This document shows positions 58,986 to 64,000 of a stretch of DNA of 64,000 bases, piece after piece. The stretch is from the human T2T-CHM13v2.0 reference genome, Homo sapiens: NCBI RefSeq assembly GCF_009914755.1, contig NC_060929.1, one strand, 5' to 3'. Every line of letters starts with the position of its first letter. Positions within the stretch are counted from its first letter, which is position 1. A program made the translations under genes and the position numbers. The notes below the pieces were generated by a model, which had not been told where the DNA came from, made no database searches, and saw only the letters and a program-made list of their open reading frames with translations.

Positions 58986-59936
58986 TAACTAATATATAGT
59001 TTAAGTCCTGAAAGTAAGTTCTCTCTCTATGTGTATATATACATATATAGTGTGTATATATATAGTATATATATAGTGTGTGTATATATATAGTGTATAT
59101 AGTATATATTTAGATATACATGTATATATATATATTTTTAAGGCCTGAAAGTAAGCTCTCTCTATATATGTATATACACTATATATATATATATATATAT
59201 ATATAGCTTCACTATATATATATATATATAGCTTCACTATATATATATATATAGCTTCACTATATATATATATATAGCTTCACTATATGTATATATATAG
59301 CTTCACTATATGTACATAGCTTCACTATATATATATAGCTTCACTATATATATATAGCTTCACTATATATATATAGCTTCACTATATATATATAGCTTCA
59401 CTATATATATATATAGCTTCACTATATATATAGCTTCACTATATATATATAGCTTCACTATATATATATATAGCTTCACTATATATATAGCTTCACTATA
59501 TATATATAGCTTCACTATATATATATATAGCTTCACTATATATATATATAGCTTCACTATATATATATAGCTTCACTATATATATAGCTTCACTATATAT
59601 ATATAGCTTCACTATATATATATAGCTTCACTATATATATATAGCTTCACTATATATATATAGCTTCACTATATATATAGCTTCACTATATATATATAGC
59701 TTCACTATATATATATAGCTTCACTATATATATATAGCTTCACTATATATATACTGTATATAGAGAGAGCTTATATATATAATGTATATATAGAGAGATT
59801 TGTATATATATATATAAACTCTCTCTATATGTATACACTATATATATATAGCTTAACTATATATGTATATGTGTATATATATATATACTGTATATAGAGA
59901 GAGCTTACTTTCAGGACTTTAACTATATATTAGTTA
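58986..59936. repeat. Inverted repeat arms (~45 bp) enclosing the VNTR
   Basis: 58986-59030 TAACTAATATATAGTTTAAGTCCTGAAAGTAAGTTCTCTCTCTAT versus 59894-59936 ATAGAGAGAGCTTACTTTCAGGACTTTAACTATATATTAGTTA. Confidence 0.92.
59180..59752. repeat. AT-rich minisatellite/VNTR, 28 x GCTTCAC(TA)n
   Basis: 28 GCTTCAC spacers counted by eye; period 17-25 bp, mostly 19. Confidence 0.97.
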
Positions 59937-60559
59937 CTATATATTAGTTACTATAATATATATATACATATCTATGTATACATTATATATAGTGTATATA
60001 TATAGTTAAAGCCATGTGTTTTAAGCAGGGCTTGGGGTTTCTGCTTTGTAAAACACTCACTGCCTTTTTAGAGTCTTGCAATATAAACATACAGTTAAAT
60101 CAATATACCGTTTGGCTATTTTCATTTTTCTAGCTGATTCTAAAAAATATTTGGATGTTGTTTCCACTTGATTTCTACTGTCTTCCATGATCTTGGACCA
60201 CTAAAGGCCAACACCAGTGTTAATTCTTCATGCTCTTGCTTATTTCATTGTGGCCAATTATTCTAGCCTCATTTATTAGATCCCTCTTTGAGCCAAGTAG
60301 ACTTACAGTATGGTCCCTGTTCTCCCTTTACACTTTGCTTTAAGTTGCATGGTGGTGTGCAAAAATCCCTTCAGGAGGGTTTTTTTTCCAGCTGATCAAG
60401 TTCAGTTAACCCTTCAAGCCCCATTTAAAATCTTCTCACATTATCTTCTAATTCCACTTTAACATTGGCCAATCATTTTCCCGTGGGTTTCCCTTCTTGA
60501 TTCCTTTTTCAGTCTTGTCTAAAAGTCCCTCTTCTTTCCTGTTTTCCATAAAATGGCCT

Positions 60560-60720
60560 GTAGGAATTGGAGCCAGGAGACCACACTGACCTATTGTGTG
60601 GTTGAGGGACTCTCTCAGCTAATCCAAATTTGAGTCTCCTTATGTGCAAATTGGGTGAAATGATAAATTTCATCACTCTCTTTAAGAGTTAGGTAGGGAT
60701 ATTGAGGAGTACACTTCAAT
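60560..60720 (+). mobile_element. MIR fragment
   Basis: GGAGCCAGGAGACC...AGTCTCCTTATGTGCAAATTGGGTGAAATGATA. Confidence 0.55.
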
Positions 60721-61168
60721 GTAAGCTCCTCCTGGAACTCCCAGGAGCTCCTCTACCTGCTGCCTCATTCAGGATCACGCACCAGACTCATCTTCACAGC
60801 AAATGTTCCACAATACCTCCTGCCATTGACAGACTCTTCATCATGGCCATTGAGTTACTGTTGCTCTATGATACATTTTTCTCTATATGCTCTTATTAAT
60901 TTTATTCAACCATCTTTTTAACCCAGTTCATTTAGTCATGATTATGGTGAGTTGTTCTACCTAGGGTTTATTTAGATTTGTCTTTAGTTAGCACAATGCT
61001 TTGCTCATATTGGTCTATGCATGAACTCTGTACTCATTAATTTACTTTCATCCTGCCTTGCATTCTTTAACTGGTATTTCAGCAGGGGTGTATCACTGGT
61101 CGGTTATCTGGTTTTTATTTGGCTGAATATGTGTTTGAGGTGCAGGTTTCCAAATATTCTGAATTTGA

Positions 61169-61505
<337 letters not shown>

Positions 61506-62008
61506 TGAGCAAGGGCCTCATTTTCAATCCCTATTTGGCCTCATGGGCACTAAGGTCCAAGCACTCAGCTCCTAATGGATACATTCCACCTTCACACCCC
61601 ATTTGGATCCCTCCAGGATGCCATGGACATGGCTCACCTTATCACAATAAAAATTCCCTCTTTGTTACCCAGAGATGCTTCTACTTTGCTAGTTTACTAA
61701 GGCATTTATCAAGAAAAAACGAAACTGTATTCAGCATTTCTAGGTGTCCACAGTAGAAAAGATCCACATAAGTATACTTTCCTTGTTGCTAAGCCCAGAA
61801 ATCTCCAAGATGATGCCCTGAAACCAGATAGCATCTAACTGAAAGAGGGGAATCATCCTTAGTAGAGAACAATATGTTTGCAAGAACAGATAGAGTGGAA
61901 GATTGGTTCCTTCAGGGACTGGCACTAAATTTAGTTGTAGGAAGAAAGTGAATGGAAAGATGAAGCTACAGTTATAACCCTTGTCTAGATCCCAATGGCT
62001 CTTAAAGC

Positions 62009-62356
62009 ATGAGTTCATGTCCTTTACAGAGACGTGGATGAAGCTCGAAACCATCATCCTCAGCAAACTAACACAGTAACAGAAAACCAAACACTGCATG
62101 TTCTCACTCATAAGTGGGAGTTGAACAATGAGAACACATGGACAAAGGGAGGGGAACATCACACACTGGGGCCTGTCAGGGGGTGGGGGGCAAGGGGAGG
62201 GAGAGCATTAGGACAAATACCTAATGCATACAGGGCTTAAAACCTAGATGACAGGTTGATAGGTGCAGCAAACCACCATGGCATATGTATACCTGTGTAA
62301 CGAACCTGCACGTTCTGAACGTGTATCCCAGAACTTAAAGTAAAATCATAAAAAAA
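62009..62356 (+). mobile_element. L1PA (L1PA8-like) 5'-truncated 3' end
   Basis: CATGTTCTCACTCATAAGTGGGAGTTGAACAATGAGAACACATGGACA...GGCTTAAAACCTAGATGA...CCCAGAACTTAAAGTAAAAT. Confidence 0.93.
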
Positions 62357-62809
62357 GGAATAGTAAGGAGTGTGAATCACATTCTGAAGAATGTAGGCTG
62401 TGTGTTTAAAACTGTAAAGCAGACATCTTAGAAAGATGTTCTATCATGAATGGATTAGAGGGGATATGGGATTTAAGGCAGGGAGATGACCTAGGACCTA
62501 TTTTAAAAATCTACGAAAGAAACAAAGATGACCCTGGGAATACAGATGGAAAGCCGTGATTCCCTGTTAAGTAGGGAAATCAAGACTTTTTAAATTCAGC
62601 AACCAGCTACTCTTCCCGATGGGTTGGTAGGAAGGTTCCAATGGATATTAAAGGAGATGTGATGGGGAATAAAGAAAAGTTTGGGATCTTCGTGATTATC
62701 TCATAGCCTGTTCCCTGTGTACTTCCAGGTGATGAATACATGCCTCTCTAAGATGTATCTATTGGTTCATAATAACATGATCGACTTCATTTGTTAAGAA
62801 AACACAATT

Positions 62810-63162
<353 letters not shown>

Positions 63163-63484
63163 CTAGGAACATAAATTTAAATAGAGGATGCCTGTAGGGT
63201 TGTGAGCAGGATATGTGGATGAAGAAAAATCTGATGTGCTGTTTTCCTCTCTGTGTCTTGGAATTGCAAATGCAGTATTTCTGTCCTCTCTCTAACCTTC
63301 TTTCTCTTTGTTATTTACCTAAATGTTGTGATTTTCTGAAGATTGAGAATAAAGTCCTCCTCCTCATGATATTTCATCTATTGCAGGTGTATTTGGACAT
63401 AATGTAATACAAATCATAGGTAGTAAAAAAAAAACTGTGGTGTATTAATAAATTAATTTCCATTTTCTCTGACTTGACCAGAAC

Positions 63485-63596
63485 TTAATCTACGTAAGGG
63501 CAGGGATCTTTGTTAGTTCATGATGGACTTCCAACATCTAGGGCAGTGCCTAGCACAACTCAGGTACTCAAGATATATGTGTTGAATGAATGGATG
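63485..63596 (+). mobile_element. L2 3' end
   Basis: AGGGCAGGGATCTTTG...CAGTGCCTAGCACA...GTTGAATGAATG. Confidence 0.8.
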
Positions 63597-64000
63597 TGGT
63601 CCTAATGCTTACGCACCATCTTACCATCACAAAATGATTGCTGTGTATGCCTGTCAGTCTATGGATGCAGACTTGAAAATGTCTCACAATTAGGATTACT
63701 GGCAAGTAAATGTTGTATATCACTTTTCTCTCCCATTTCTAGCATCAGACTGTTCTGTTTGTTTTCAAATTTAATTCAAATGTTCCTTAGAAACTCACAG
63801 ATGATTTCAGAAGAAGAATATTATTTTTTGCAAGTCAAAAAGAAGAATATTCAGCTGGAATCTTTAAGGTAATTTTCATTAAGCGTATTGTTTGATAGCA
63901 TGAAAACAGATGGAAAGAAAGCATCTTCCTCTCCTCTTTATGCTGCACTGGAAATAAAAAGTTAGAAAGTTGTCGTAAGATGAGGTCTATAATTAAAAAC

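Noticed and set aside
59180-59752. CRISPR-like repeat-spacer array
   Set aside because: The spacers are all (TA)n rather than unique sequences, there are no cas genes and the context is primate; it is a minisatellite
62168-62202. G-quadruplex-forming G runs
   Set aside because: The ordinary G-rich tract of the L1PA 3' UTR; not locus-specific

Overview
Primate (almost certainly human or hominoid) non-coding genomic DNA, either intergenic or deep intronic. I cannot place the exact locus from the sequence alone. I see no credible protein-coding exon, RNA gene or prokaryotic-type system. The six-frame ORFs are Alu, L1, LTR or low-complexity translations, or have no recognisable homology. The window holds 21 Alus (J, S and Y, including a 12-bp-deletion AluYd), L1 remnants, MaLR LTRs (THE1, MST, MLT1), MER21 and MER50 LTRs, MIR/L2, MER20, Tigger3 and MER5 DNA transposons, and simple repeats, with several nested insertions carrying readable TSDs. 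The most notable structures are: a ~1-kb AT-rich VNTR (28 x GCTTCAC(TA)n) enclosed by ~45-bp inverted arms (58986-59936); an apparent micro-inversion inside an ancient L1 ORF1 (~44790-45080); a 21-bp minisatellite resembling the adjacent MLT1 LTR terminus; and several repeat-free, motif-dense blocks that look like developmental enhancers (~3.7-4.5, 6.2-6.5, 16.9-18.3 and 47.9-48.1 kb). Repeat subfamily names are recalled from consensus features and need RepeatMasker/Dfam confirmation.
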